From Candidatus Nanopelagicales bacterium (GTDB taxonomy: Bacteria > Actinomycetota > Actinomycetes > S36-B12): DNA of 64,000 nt. Location of the stretch: the NCBI GenBank assembly GCA_030726915.1, contig JANRCR010000044.1:354-64353 (forward strand). Direction: 5' to 3'. The notes below the pieces were generated by a model. The model ran no database searches, was not told where the DNA came from, and saw only the letters and a list, made by a program, of their open reading frames with translations. Positions 20,696 to 29,398 of this stretch are shown piece after piece. A program made the translations under genes and the position numbers. The first letter of the stretch is position 1; each line of letters starts with the position of its first letter.

Positions 20696-20866
20696 GGCTC
20701 CTCCTCGACTACGTCAGGCGCATCGCCTCGATCCTTGGGGTGTGACTTCCGCCACGGTAGCCGCCCTAGCGTGACTCCGGGGCCGCTTCAGGCGCGTCCT
20801 AGGGAGCCAGAGGGGCGGCCCATGCGTCAGGATGGGTGAGGCGGGCTTCCCCCCGCTCCCGTTCCC

Positions 20867-22126
20867 GTGGAGGTGGACGTGCGTCCCCGCGTACTCGTGC
20901 CCTTGCTCCTTGCGCTCGCTGCTGCCCTCGGACTCGTCGTTGGGGCGGTACTCCCGGGTGGTACGCCGACGCCTACCGCGGATGGGGTCACCTCATCGCC
21001 ATCGGCGACAGGTGAGCCGACTGCCTCCGAGGATTCCTCGGTGCAGCCCACGGATGGTGCCTCCTCGCCGGCCGCCATCGGTGATGTCATCGGTGACGGC
21101 GGAGGAGTCTCTGCCGTCAACATGCCTCAGCCGGAGTGGCCCGTGACGAAGCTCGCTCCCGGTGACAAACCGCCGCAGTTCGTCACAATTTCATTCGACG
21201 GTTCCTGCAGCACTGACATCATGCGGCACTACCTCGACACGGCTGAGCAAGCGGATGCGTACTTCACATTCTTCATCTCTGGGCTGTGCATGCTGCCCGA
21301 GGACAATCGATTCGTTTACGAGACTCCGGGCCGCGAAGCGGGCTCCAGCGCCATTGGCTTCGCCAGCGATTCACAGGAGATTGTGCAGCGCATCGCCAAC
21401 TACACAGAGGCCTATGAGCGCGGGCACGAGATCGGGACCCACTTCCTCGGACACTGGTGTGAGCCCAATGACGGAGCGGTTAACTCGTGGGACACGGCTG
21501 ACTGGCAGAACGAATTCGCGCAAGACATCGGCATGATGAACAACTGGGCAGCAAACAGCAGCGTGACGAGCCCCACGCCTTTGCCCTTCAATCACAGCGT
21601 GATTCTGGGTGCCCGCACCCCGTGCCTGGAGGGGCAGCGCGATGTGATGTATCCGGTGTTCGTCGAGAATGGCTTCACCTACGACGCCTCCAACCCCGGG
21701 ATGCTTCAGTGGCCGATCAAGAATGACTACGGACTGTGGGACTTCCCTCTCCAGACGATGAAGGTGGTCGGCTACGACCGATCCAACCTGTCGATGGACT
21801 ACAACTTCCTATGCGCCCAAAACGACTGCGAGCAGCAGGCCGAGCCCGCGACATGTGACCGGATCGAGCAGTCGACGTACGACTCGCTGATGGCGGTGAC
21901 CGATGCGCTGTACAACGGCAATCGTGCGCCCTTCTTCTTCGGCAACCACTTCAATACCTGGGTATGCGGTGCCTATCAGCGAGCCATCACCCGATATGTC
22001 GCTGACGCAGCGGCGATGTATCCCGATCTGCAATTCGTCAGCAATGCGCAACTTGTCACCTGGCTTGAGGCGCAGGATCCCGCTGTCCTCAAGCAACTTG
22101 TGGCGCAGGGGGTGCAGTCCTACTGA
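20867..22126 (+). CDS. secreted/anchored polysaccharide-deacetylase-like (CE4/NodB-like) protein
   Basis: 419 aa with an N-terminal hydrophobic segment and a Ser/Thr/Pro-rich linker. NodB-like motifs read VTISFDGS and RGHEIGTHF. Family assignment is by motif only. Confidence 0.5.
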   Translation: MEVDVRPRVLVPLLLALAAALGLVVGAVLPGGTPTPTADGVTSSPSATGEPTASEDSSVQPTDGASSPAAIGDVIGDGGGVSAVNMPQPEWPVTKLAPGDKPPQFVTISFDGSCSTDIMRHYLDTAEQADAYFTFFISGLCMLPEDNRFVYETPGREAGSSAIGFASDSQEIVQRIANYTEAYERGHEIGTHFLGHWCEPNDGAVNSWDTADWQNEFAQDIGMMNNWAANSSVTSPTPLPFNHSVILGARTPCLEGQRDVMYPVFVENGFTYDASNPGMLQWPIKNDYGLWDFPLQTMKVVGYDRSNLSMDYNFLCAQNDCEQQAEPATCDRIEQSTYDSLMAVTDALYNGNRAPFFFGNHFNTWVCGAYQRAITRYVADAAAMYPDLQFVSNAQLVTWLEAQDPAVLKQLVAQGVQSY

Positions 22127-22176
22127 GCGATCTGCTGCGGCCCCTCGGTGCACTCCCCGGCGTTGAAGCAGCGTGT

Positions 22177-22902
22177 GTGGCCTCGCGATCCGAAGTCGAC
22201 GCGCTTCTGTGGGACCGCGCGGTGCGGGCTCGAGCCACGGAGTTGGCTGCCGCATCAGTCATGCATGGAGCTCGGGATTCGGCCGCACTCGAGGGCGCCG
22301 AGGTCACGCTGGACGCACTGCAGGGTGGACTCGATGACTCACCCCTGGGTCGGGCGGTCTCCGCATCCCTGGCCATAACCTCAGCCGTCCCGGCGCAGGT
22401 GGAGACGTGGAAGAAGGCCCCCCTCCAGGTGCTGGCCTATCTGCATGGAATCGCCGCGCACGGATTTGAAGAAGATGGTGGCCTCGGCCGACCCCGCTCG
22501 GCGGATGACGTCATTGACCCCCTGCATATTGGTCCGCCACCATCGCCGAGCGAAGTGTCGAATCGACTCGTGGCACTCGCGGAAGTCCTGACGCGTCCGA
22601 CAGAGGCTCCCGCGATCGTCGTGGCGGCCATCGCACACGGTGAGTTGCTCGCGCTGCGGCCCTTCCGCTGGGGATCTGGGCTCATCGCACGCGCGTCATT
22701 GCGTCTGGTCCTTGCGTCGCGTGGAGTGGATCCTGACCTGCTGTCCTGCCCGGAGTCCGGCATGGTGTCACTTGGCCGCACGTCATACGTCGCCGCGGTG
22801 CGCGGATATCAGTCGGGTGAGCCCGAAGGTGTTGCCGAGTGGCTCCGTTGGAACGCCACGGTCATCGGATTTGGGGCCTCTGCGGAAGCCCCGCATCGCT
22901 AG
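22177..22902 (+). CDS. hypothetical protein with degenerate Fic-like core
   Basis: 241 aa. AIAHGELLALRPFRWGSGLIAR aligns to the Fic signature H-x-F-x-(D/E)-G-N-G-R-x-x-R, but His, acid, Asn and the first Arg are replaced. Confidence 0.4.
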   Translation: MASRSEVDALLWDRAVRARATELAAASVMHGARDSAALEGAEVTLDALQGGLDDSPLGRAVSASLAITSAVPAQVETWKKAPLQVLAYLHGIAAHGFEEDGGLGRPRSADDVIDPLHIGPPPSPSEVSNRLVALAEVLTRPTEAPAIVVAAIAHGELLALRPFRWGSGLIARASLRLVLASRGVDPDLLSCPESGMVSLGRTSYVAAVRGYQSGEPEGVAEWLRWNATVIGFGASAEAPHR

Positions 22903-23864
22903 TCCTCCGACGCGGGTGTGCGCAGGGGGGTGAGCGGCAGCATCGGGGGGAATTCGTCATTGAGGGGGATCGTCACGATCCACGGGTACGCCGTACCGCC
23001 TCGAATCACAAAGACCTGCAGGGTGGCCTCTTGCGCACGAGCAACACCCGGCGCCTCTGTGAGCAGCCACAGCAGCGGGATGCGCTGACCATCGCGACGG
23101 TCGGTGGATCCGAGCCCCCGCAGGCCCGGACTGTCCAGGGGGGTCAGGACGAGTCGATCCGCGTCAGCCCGCATGTCGACGAGCAGGCTGATGGTCTCCA
23201 GCGGCGGCTCTCCGCCCAGGCGGGCGGCCACCACTGCGATATCGGGGCGCGCTCCGGCGTCGCCGCACAGCTGTGCAAGTGCGGTGGTGATGGTCGCACT
23301 CGCGACCGGTGTAGGCGGCACCGGACCGCCGTCCTCGGTCCTCAGCACGGTGAACTCAACGCCTTGGCGTGTCACGTCGACAGCCTCGCCCGGGTTGGCC
23401 GGTGAAATCCAGGGCGTGCAGTCCACGGGGGCGATCGCCACGTCGATGTCGGCGAAGCCTCCGGCGGGAATCGTGACCGGTGATATCGGTGCGATGTACG
23501 GCGTGGTCGATGCAGGATCATCCGCGTCCACTGTGGCGGCGGTGATGGTCACGGCCTGCGTCGGATCTCCGCCGACCCGAGCCGTCAGGATCACACCGGG
23601 CAGTGCTGCCCCTGCCGGTGTTGCCAGGGCACCCAGGGGTGGCATGGCGGTGACGGTGATCGCACGGGGGCCCACGATGGTGAACGCGGTGATGCCGAGT
23701 GCCGATGATGTGGGGGCACGCTGTGCCCAGAATGTGGCACCGACGGCGATCAGGCTGAGGGCCAGAGCGATCGCCGCCGCGATGGACAGCGGTCGCGCCC
23801 ATCGCGGCATTCCACCCTCAACTCCAACATCGAGGATCTCGTGAGATTGGGGTGAGGACACCAC
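22899..23864 (-). CDS. hypothetical single-pass membrane protein
   Basis: 321-aa ORF with one N-terminal TM helix (LSIAAAIALALSLIAVGATFW) and an extracytoplasmic Ala/Pro/Thr-rich body. No motif recognised. Confidence 0.5.
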   Translation of the reverse strand: MVSSPQSHEILDVGVEGGMPRWARPLSIAAAIALALSLIAVGATFWAQRAPTSSALGITAFTIVGPRAITVTAMPPLGALATPAGAALPGVILTARVGGDPTQAVTITAATVDADDPASTTPYIAPISPVTIPAGGFADIDVAIAPVDCTPWISPANPGEAVDVTRQGVEFTVLRTEDGGPVPPTPVASATITTALAQLCGDAGARPDIAVVAARLGGEPPLETISLLVDMRADADRLVLTPLDSPGLRGLGSTDRRDGQRIPLLWLLTEAPGVARAQEATLQVFVIRGGTAYPWIVTIPLNDEFPPMLPLTPLRTPASED

Positions 23865-23870
23865 CGCAGG

Positions 23871-24857
23871 CTAGGTCGACTTAGCCGCGTGCGTCCAACG
23901 GATGGCAAATGCCTTGACCACCAGGGCGATGGTGACCGCGGCTACCACCGCGAGCATCGTGAATCCGATCCGATCTTCCGCGACTCGCGCAGCGTCCACC
24001 CCTCGGGCGTTGAGGAGGATGGCACCCGGTGTCAACGCGGCCACGTACTCCCAGTACGGACGATGCAGGACGTAGCGGAGGGTGAGCGCGATGAAGATGG
24101 CGAAGCCTCCCGCGATGAGAGCAGGGGTGCCCTGCATCCCCAGCATGATCAGCACGAGGGCGATAGCCCCACCCATCAGCGTCCCGGCCAATCTCTGCAG
24201 GGACCGCACGAGGGTGTCGTGCGGGCTGGGCTGCAGCACGATGATGAGGGTGAGAAGGAGCCAGGCTCCCTCGTGGAAGCGGGCCCAGGTCAACAAACCC
24301 CAGGCTGCCGCGCCGACAAGCACGCCCATGAGTGCCGCATAGGTGAGGGTCGTGTGCCAGCCGATCGGGTGGGGGCTGATGTGCGGCAGGGATGATCCGA
24401 TGAGCAGATGGGTGGCGGCTGTCGCCCAGAGGCCACCTGCGATGAGCGCACAGCCCACGAGGAGGGCGACGGTGGTGGGCGACACTCCTGCAACTGTCGG
24501 CGGAGCCACGAGGATGAAACTGACGAATATGGGCACCGTGAGCACGGGGTTGTGTAGTCCGCGTCGTGCCATGAGCGCCGCACCAAAGGTGAGTAGTCCA
24601 AAAAAGATTGCGCCCGGAATCGGATATGGGTTCAGCAGAGCCGCCAGGGTGCCACCCACTCCGGCTGCCACGGATAGGGCGACGCTGAGCTTGAGACCGT
24701 AGAAGGCCGCGATGAAGGCGATGATGCCGCCGTACGCAAACGGAGCGGCCAGGGATCCTCGACCGATCATCTCTAGGAAGAGCGGGATGACCATAAGAGC
24801 ACTAACGAGCAGCCCTATCAGCAGGATGCGCTGACCCCTCGTGGCCGAAGCCATCAC
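23871..24857 (-). CDS. polytopic membrane protein (FUSC / aromatic-acid-exporter-like)
   Basis: 328 aa with about 8-10 hydrophobic helices and a FUSC-like stretch WLLLTLIIVLQPSPHDTLVRSLQRLAGTLMGGAIA. 4-nt overlap with the upstream HAD gene. Confidence 0.5.
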   Translation of the reverse strand: MMASATRGQRILLIGLLVSALMVIPLFLEMIGRGSLAAPFAYGGIIAFIAAFYGLKLSVALSVAAGVGGTLAALLNPYPIPGAIFFGLLTFGAALMARRGLHNPVLTVPIFVSFILVAPPTVAGVSPTTVALLVGCALIAGGLWATAATHLLIGSSLPHISPHPIGWHTTLTYAALMGVLVGAAAWGLLTWARFHEGAWLLLTLIIVLQPSPHDTLVRSLQRLAGTLMGGAIALVLIMLGMQGTPALIAGGFAIFIALTLRYVLHRPYWEYVAALTPGAILLNARGVDAARVAEDRIGFTMLAVVAAVTIALVVKAFAIRWTHAAKST

Positions 24858-25645
24858 GCCGTACGTCGATGCCGGGCGTACCAGGCGATCCCCAAAGCAA
24901 CGGCGCTGACGGCAGCGGCAGCGCCCGCAGCGACGGCCGCCTGGCGCTTCTCTATCGGCAGTCGTGTGCGCAGGGAGACCGGCTTGGCGAAGTCAAGCAC
25001 CGGCCAATCGCGTTCCGCGGCGATGCGGCGCAGGTCAGCATCAGGATTGACAGCCGTGGGATGCCCGACGAGATTGAGCATCGGTAGGTCGGTGATGGAG
25101 TCCGTGTAGGCGTAGGACGACGTCAGGTCGTATCCGCGTTCGGCCGCCAGCTCACGCATAGCCTGCGCCTTGCCTTCGCCGTATGCGTAGAAAAGAATCT
25201 CGCCGGTGTAGCGACCGTCTTCGATCCCGAGTTGGCTGCCCACCGCGATATCGACACCGAGCCGCTCACCGATCGGCTCAACAACCTCGGTTCCCGACGA
25301 GGAGATGATGACGACGTCACGGCCGGAGGCACGATGTTCCTCGATCAGTGCGACGGCCTCGTCGTAAATCGCCGGATCGATGATCACATCTATGGTCTCG
25401 GCCACGATGTCTCGCACCTTTGCCACATCCCAGCCCGTGACGAGATCCGACATATACCGACGCATTGTTTCCATCTGGTCGTGGTCAGCCCCGGATGCCA
25501 GGAAGATAAACTGTGCGTATGCGCTGCGTACCACGTCACTGCGGCTGATGAGACCTCCGCGGTAAAAGGGTCGAGCAAAGGCCAGGGCACTCGACGTCGC
25601 GAGAATCGTCTTGTCGAGGTCAAAGAACGCTGCAGAGCGCGTCAC
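24854..25645 (-). CDS. HAD-IB family hydrolase (SerB-like) with C-terminal TM tail
   Basis: 263 aa. Motif I FFDLDKTIL and motif IV-like AYTDSITDLPML. Divergent from the ssd-like gene, as for Rv3661/Rv3660c. Confidence 0.85.
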   Translation of the reverse strand: MTRSAAFFDLDKTILATSSALAFARPFYRGGLISRSDVVRSAYAQFIFLASGADHDQMETMRRYMSDLVTGWDVAKVRDIVAETIDVIIDPAIYDEAVALIEEHRASGRDVVIISSSGTEVVEPIGERLGVDIAVGSQLGIEDGRYTGEILFYAYGEGKAQAMRELAAERGYDLTSSYAYTDSITDLPMLNLVGHPTAVNPDADLRRIAAERDWPVLDFAKPVSLRTRLPIEKRQAAVAAGAAAAVSAVALGIAWYARHRRTA

Positions 25646-25748
25646 AGGCCCACGGTACCGCCGCTATCCACAGGGGCGGAGCCCCCCGTGCATCCACAGG
25701 CGGTGGTGTCTCGTCAGATTGCGGGTCCGAGGTGGCGACTCTGGCGTC

Positions 25749-26840
25749 ATGAATCCTCCGCGCTCCAGCGATTCCGCCCCGGTCTCCACGTCCCTCTCTC
25801 GGCCCCTGCTGCTCACGGGCGATCCGCTGCTGCTCGACGATGTGGTCCGGCTCGGGGCGGCAGCCGGGGTGGACATCAGCGTTCGCGATACCCCCGCGGT
25901 GTCCGCCTGGTCGAGTGCCCCCCTCGTGCTCGTCGGCTCGGACGTGCTCGACGCGACGGTTGCTCGAGCCCTGCCTCGCCGTGATGGAGTCGTCGTCGTG
26001 CGTCGTCGTGATCGGGGGTCCAACGGCGATGCTTCGATCGACACCTGGCGCGGGGCGGTGTCCCTCGGGGCGGAGCATGTTGTTGAGGTCCCTGATGGCG
26101 ACCGGTGGATGGTGGACCGATTGGCGGAGTTAGCCGATGCTCCGGCGATGGGTGGCCCGGTGATTTCCTGTGTAGCCGGTGTCGGAGGAGCGGGTGCCTC
26201 CACCGTGGCGGGACTCCTCGCCCGCGAGTCCCGGGGTCTCCTGGTGGACATCGACCCGTACGGCGCTGCCGTGCCCGTCGACGCCGGGGTGAGATGGCCC
26301 GATCTGTCGGCAACCCGAGGGCGAATCCCGGTGGCAAGCCTTCGAAGTGCCCTGCCCACCGTGCATGGGACCCATGTCCTCACCGGCACTCCGGAGTCAC
26401 GCTTCACCATCCCCATCGACGCTCTTGTCGCCGTGTTGGACGCGGGCGCCCGCGGGTTTGCCTGCACCCTGGTCGACACCCCTCGCTGTGACTCTGATGC
26501 GACTCGCGCTGCATGGGCGCGAAGTGACCTGGTGATCGTCGTGATCGGCCCCGATCCCCACAGTGTTGCTCGAGTGCCCGCGCTCCTTGAGGGCATCCGG
26601 GAGGTCTGCACTCAGGTGGGAGTCGTGGCCCGCTTAGGCCCGCGTGACCCAGGCATATGGTGCGCGGCTGAGGCGGACGACTGGAATTCCTCGTTGATCG
26701 GAACGCTCCGTCATGAGCGCGCTTTGACGCGAGGCGACCATCTGTTTCACACCCCCCGCAGCACGGCGCGCTCCTCAGCGCGCGCTCTGCTCGCGGCGGC
26801 CGCACCGGGTGTCGTCCGATCAGGCGGAGGTGTGCGGTGA
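25749..26840 (+). CDS. CpaE/TadZ-like 'helicase/secretion neighbourhood' protein (Ssd, Rv3660c-like) with degenerate P-loop
   Basis: ATG 25749 (MNPPRSSD...). It has a receiver-like N-terminal half and then a MinD/ParA-like half whose Walker A reads VAGVGGAGASTVA (no Lys). GTGA overlap with the CpaF-like gene. Confidence 0.72.
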   Translation: MNPPRSSDSAPVSTSLSRPLLLTGDPLLLDDVVRLGAAAGVDISVRDTPAVSAWSSAPLVLVGSDVLDATVARALPRRDGVVVVRRRDRGSNGDASIDTWRGAVSLGAEHVVEVPDGDRWMVDRLAELADAPAMGGPVISCVAGVGGAGASTVAGLLARESRGLLVDIDPYGAAVPVDAGVRWPDLSATRGRIPVASLRSALPTVHGTHVLTGTPESRFTIPIDALVAVLDAGARGFACTLVDTPRCDSDATRAAWARSDLVIVVIGPDPHSVARVPALLEGIREVCTQVGVVARLGPRDPGIWCAAEADDWNSSLIGTLRHERALTRGDHLFHTPRSTARSSARALLAAAAPGVVRSGGGVR

Positions 26841-27991
26841 CCGCACTGGTAGAGCGGGTGCGCCGCCGTCTCGTCGATGAAGGAGTCACGCGCGTGCCGG
26901 ACTCCGCGCGTGTCGCCGCAGCGCTGAGGGACGAGGGACTTCTTCTGGGAGATGAAGCCCTGCTGAGTCTCGTGGGTTCCCTTCGGGACGAGTTGGGCGG
27001 GCTCGGTCCACTTCAGTCCCTCCTGCTCGACCCTGCTGTGACCGACGTTCTCGTCAACGGGCCGGACGAGGTGTGGATCGACCGGGGGGATGGACTGGAG
27101 TTGGCAGATGTGCGCTTCGACGGCAGCGCCTCCGTCCTACGGCTTGCCCAGCGACTCGCCACCATGGCCGGGCGACGTCTGGACGAAGCCGCGCCGTTCG
27201 TGGATGCCAGGTTGGCAGATGGCACCCGACTCCACGCTGTCATCCCGCCCATCGCCGCGTCCTGCAGCCTCATCTCGCTCCGCATCCCCAGTCACCGTGG
27301 CTTCCGGCTGGATGACGTGGTTGCTGCAGGCACGATCGACGAGCATGGGGCTGAGTGGTTGCGCGCCATCGTGTCCGCCCGATTGGCGTTCCTCGTCAGT
27401 GGTGGCACCGGCTCAGGCAAGACGACATTGCTGTCGACCCTTCTCGAGGTGGTCGATCCTGTCCATCGCATCCTGATCGTGGAGGATTCAGCCGAGCTGC
27501 GACCCCTGCATCCTCACGTGGTGCGATTGGAGGCTCGGCCGGCCAATCTGGAGGGTGTCGGCGTCGTGACCCTGCGTGATCTCGTGCGCCAAGCCCTGCG
27601 CATGAGACCTGACCGAGTGGTTGTGGGTGAGGTGCGCGGGGCCGAGGTTGTCGATCTCCTCGCGTCGATGAACACCGGCCATGAGGGCGGGTGTGGCACC
27701 GTGCACGCCAATTCACCGGCAGACGTGCCCGCGCGTCTCGAGGCGCTTGGGCTCATGGCCGGGCTTCCCCGCGATGCCGTGCACGCACTCATCGCGGCGG
27801 GCGTGCAGTGCCTGATCCATCTCGATCGTGCCCCCCGACGTGTGAGTGAGATCCATGCCCTCACGACCGTTTCCGGCCGAGCATCCACCGAGCCAGCCCT
27901 GGTCCTGCGGGACGGCCGGCTCCGCGAGGCGGCAGGGATCGACACGTTGGCGGCACAACTTCAGGCCGCAGGCGTGGCTGTTCCCCCATGA
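26837..27991 (+). CDS. CpaF/TadA-family secretion ATPase
   Basis: 384 aa with Walker A SGGTGSGKTTLL, Walker B ILIVEDSAEL and a His-box region MNTGHEGGCGTVHANS. Confidence 0.9.
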   Translation: MTALVERVRRRLVDEGVTRVPDSARVAAALRDEGLLLGDEALLSLVGSLRDELGGLGPLQSLLLDPAVTDVLVNGPDEVWIDRGDGLELADVRFDGSASVLRLAQRLATMAGRRLDEAAPFVDARLADGTRLHAVIPPIAASCSLISLRIPSHRGFRLDDVVAAGTIDEHGAEWLRAIVSARLAFLVSGGTGSGKTTLLSTLLEVVDPVHRILIVEDSAELRPLHPHVVRLEARPANLEGVGVVTLRDLVRQALRMRPDRVVVGEVRGAEVVDLLASMNTGHEGGCGTVHANSPADVPARLEALGLMAGLPRDAVHALIAAGVQCLIHLDRAPRRVSEIHALTTVSGRASTEPALVLRDGRLREAAGIDTLAAQLQAAGVAVPP

Positions 27992-28668
27992 CACTCATCC
28001 TGGCGGCTCTCCTGGCCGCTGCATCCGCCTGGCTTGTGATGCGCCCCGCGCGGCGATCATCGCGCTCAACTTCGCTGGCCCATCCGGTCGCGGATCGGAT
28101 ACGGCGTCGCCTAGCGACCCATCGACAGGCACCTCGATTGCGCGCAGCAACCCGGGAGGCACTTGCTGAGATCGTCGCTGACCTACGCGCGGGACAGCCG
28201 GTCACGCGTGCGGCAGAGCGAGCCTTCGCGACCGATTCAGGGGAGATTGCCCCGCGGACGCTGGCATCGATCCGGTGGGGAGGTGACGTCGTTGCTGCCC
28301 TGCGCGAAGATTCGCGAGCCGTCGGCCGGCCACTTCTGGCGGGGGCGGCAGCCTGCTGGAGTGTCGCGGAGGCGAGTGGTGCGGGGCTTGCCGATGCGCT
28401 TGACCGCATCGTTCAACAGGACCGCAAGGCAGAGGAGGTACGTCGACAACTCGGAGCGCATCTGGCTGCACCGCGGGCGACCGCACGCATGCTGGCCGTG
28501 CTTCCCCTCCTCGGGATCGCACTGGGCTTTGCCATCGGGGGCGATCCCCTCGGTTGGCTGCTGGGGACGCCACTGGGTTGGGGTTGTCTTGCCGTGGGTG
28601 TGGGACTCACCGCCATCGGGCTCGCCTGGACCAGTCACATCGCGACGCGCACCGAGCGTCTGCTGTGA
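27988..28668 (+). CDS. TadB-like type II secretion system F-family membrane protein
   Basis: 226 aa with an N-terminal TM, a cytoplasmic helical domain and C-terminal TM helices. ATGA overlap with cpaF. Confidence 0.7.
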   Translation: MTLILAALLAAASAWLVMRPARRSSRSTSLAHPVADRIRRRLATHRQAPRLRAATREALAEIVADLRAGQPVTRAAERAFATDSGEIAPRTLASIRWGGDVVAALREDSRAVGRPLLAGAAACWSVAEASGAGLADALDRIVQQDRKAEEVRRQLGAHLAAPRATARMLAVLPLLGIALGFAIGGDPLGWLLGTPLGWGCLAVGVGLTAIGLAWTSHIATRTERLL

Positions 28669-29357
28669 CCGCCGTCGCGATGCTGGCAGCAGCCGGGGCT
28701 GCCTGGTTTGCCGTTCGGCCACCCCGCCGCAGGGTTCGGCCACACACGCGCACCCTGCCCCGGTCGGTCTCGGTCCGCTTGGCCTGCGCCGTGACCGGAG
28801 CAGTCGTGGCGATTGCCTGGGGTGGATGGATCGGGGTCCTGGTGGGTGTCGCTGTCGCGCTCGGCACCCCCGTGCTGATGACACGTCTCGAATCGCGTGC
28901 TGATCGCGCCAGGCGCGAGGCGATGGCGCGTCAAGCACCGTCGTGCAGTGACCTCCTGGCGGCCTGCCTGTCCGCTGGTGCATCCCCGGCCGCGGCGGCA
29001 CGGGCAGTGGCGGATGCCCTCGGTGATCCGATCGCCGTGCCGCTGCGGCGCCTGATCAGTGCCCACGACCTCGGAGCCGATCCCTTGACCGCGTGGTCAG
29101 GTCTCGCGACAGAGCCCATCATGCGTCCGATCGCGCGGGCAGCCGTGCGATCGGCAGAGACCGGCGCACCCCTGGCCCAACTGCTCGGTGCGCTGGCCGA
29201 CGATCAGCGTGACGAGGGCCGTGCTCGCGCTGAGGCCGCTGCGCGATCAGCGGGTGTCCGATCCGTTGCTCCACTCGCCGCGTGCTTCCTGCCTGCCTTC
29301 CTGCTCGTTGGCGTTGTGCCGATCGTTGCCAGTCTGGCGCTCCCCCTCGTGACCTAG
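28665..29357 (+). CDS. TadC-like type II secretion system F-family membrane protein
   Basis: GTG 28665 (GTGA overlap). 230 aa with the same TM-helical domain-TM layout as 27988-28668. Confidence 0.7.
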   Translation: MTAVAMLAAAGAAWFAVRPPRRRVRPHTRTLPRSVSVRLACAVTGAVVAIAWGGWIGVLVGVAVALGTPVLMTRLESRADRARREAMARQAPSCSDLLAACLSAGASPAAAARAVADALGDPIAVPLRRLISAHDLGADPLTAWSGLATEPIMRPIARAAVRSAETGAPLAQLLGALADDQRDEGRARAEAAARSAGVRSVAPLAACFLPAFLLVGVVPIVASLALPLVT

Positions 29358-29398
29358 GGACCGATCGAGCCGCGATGAGTTCGACCCTGGACAGCGAC

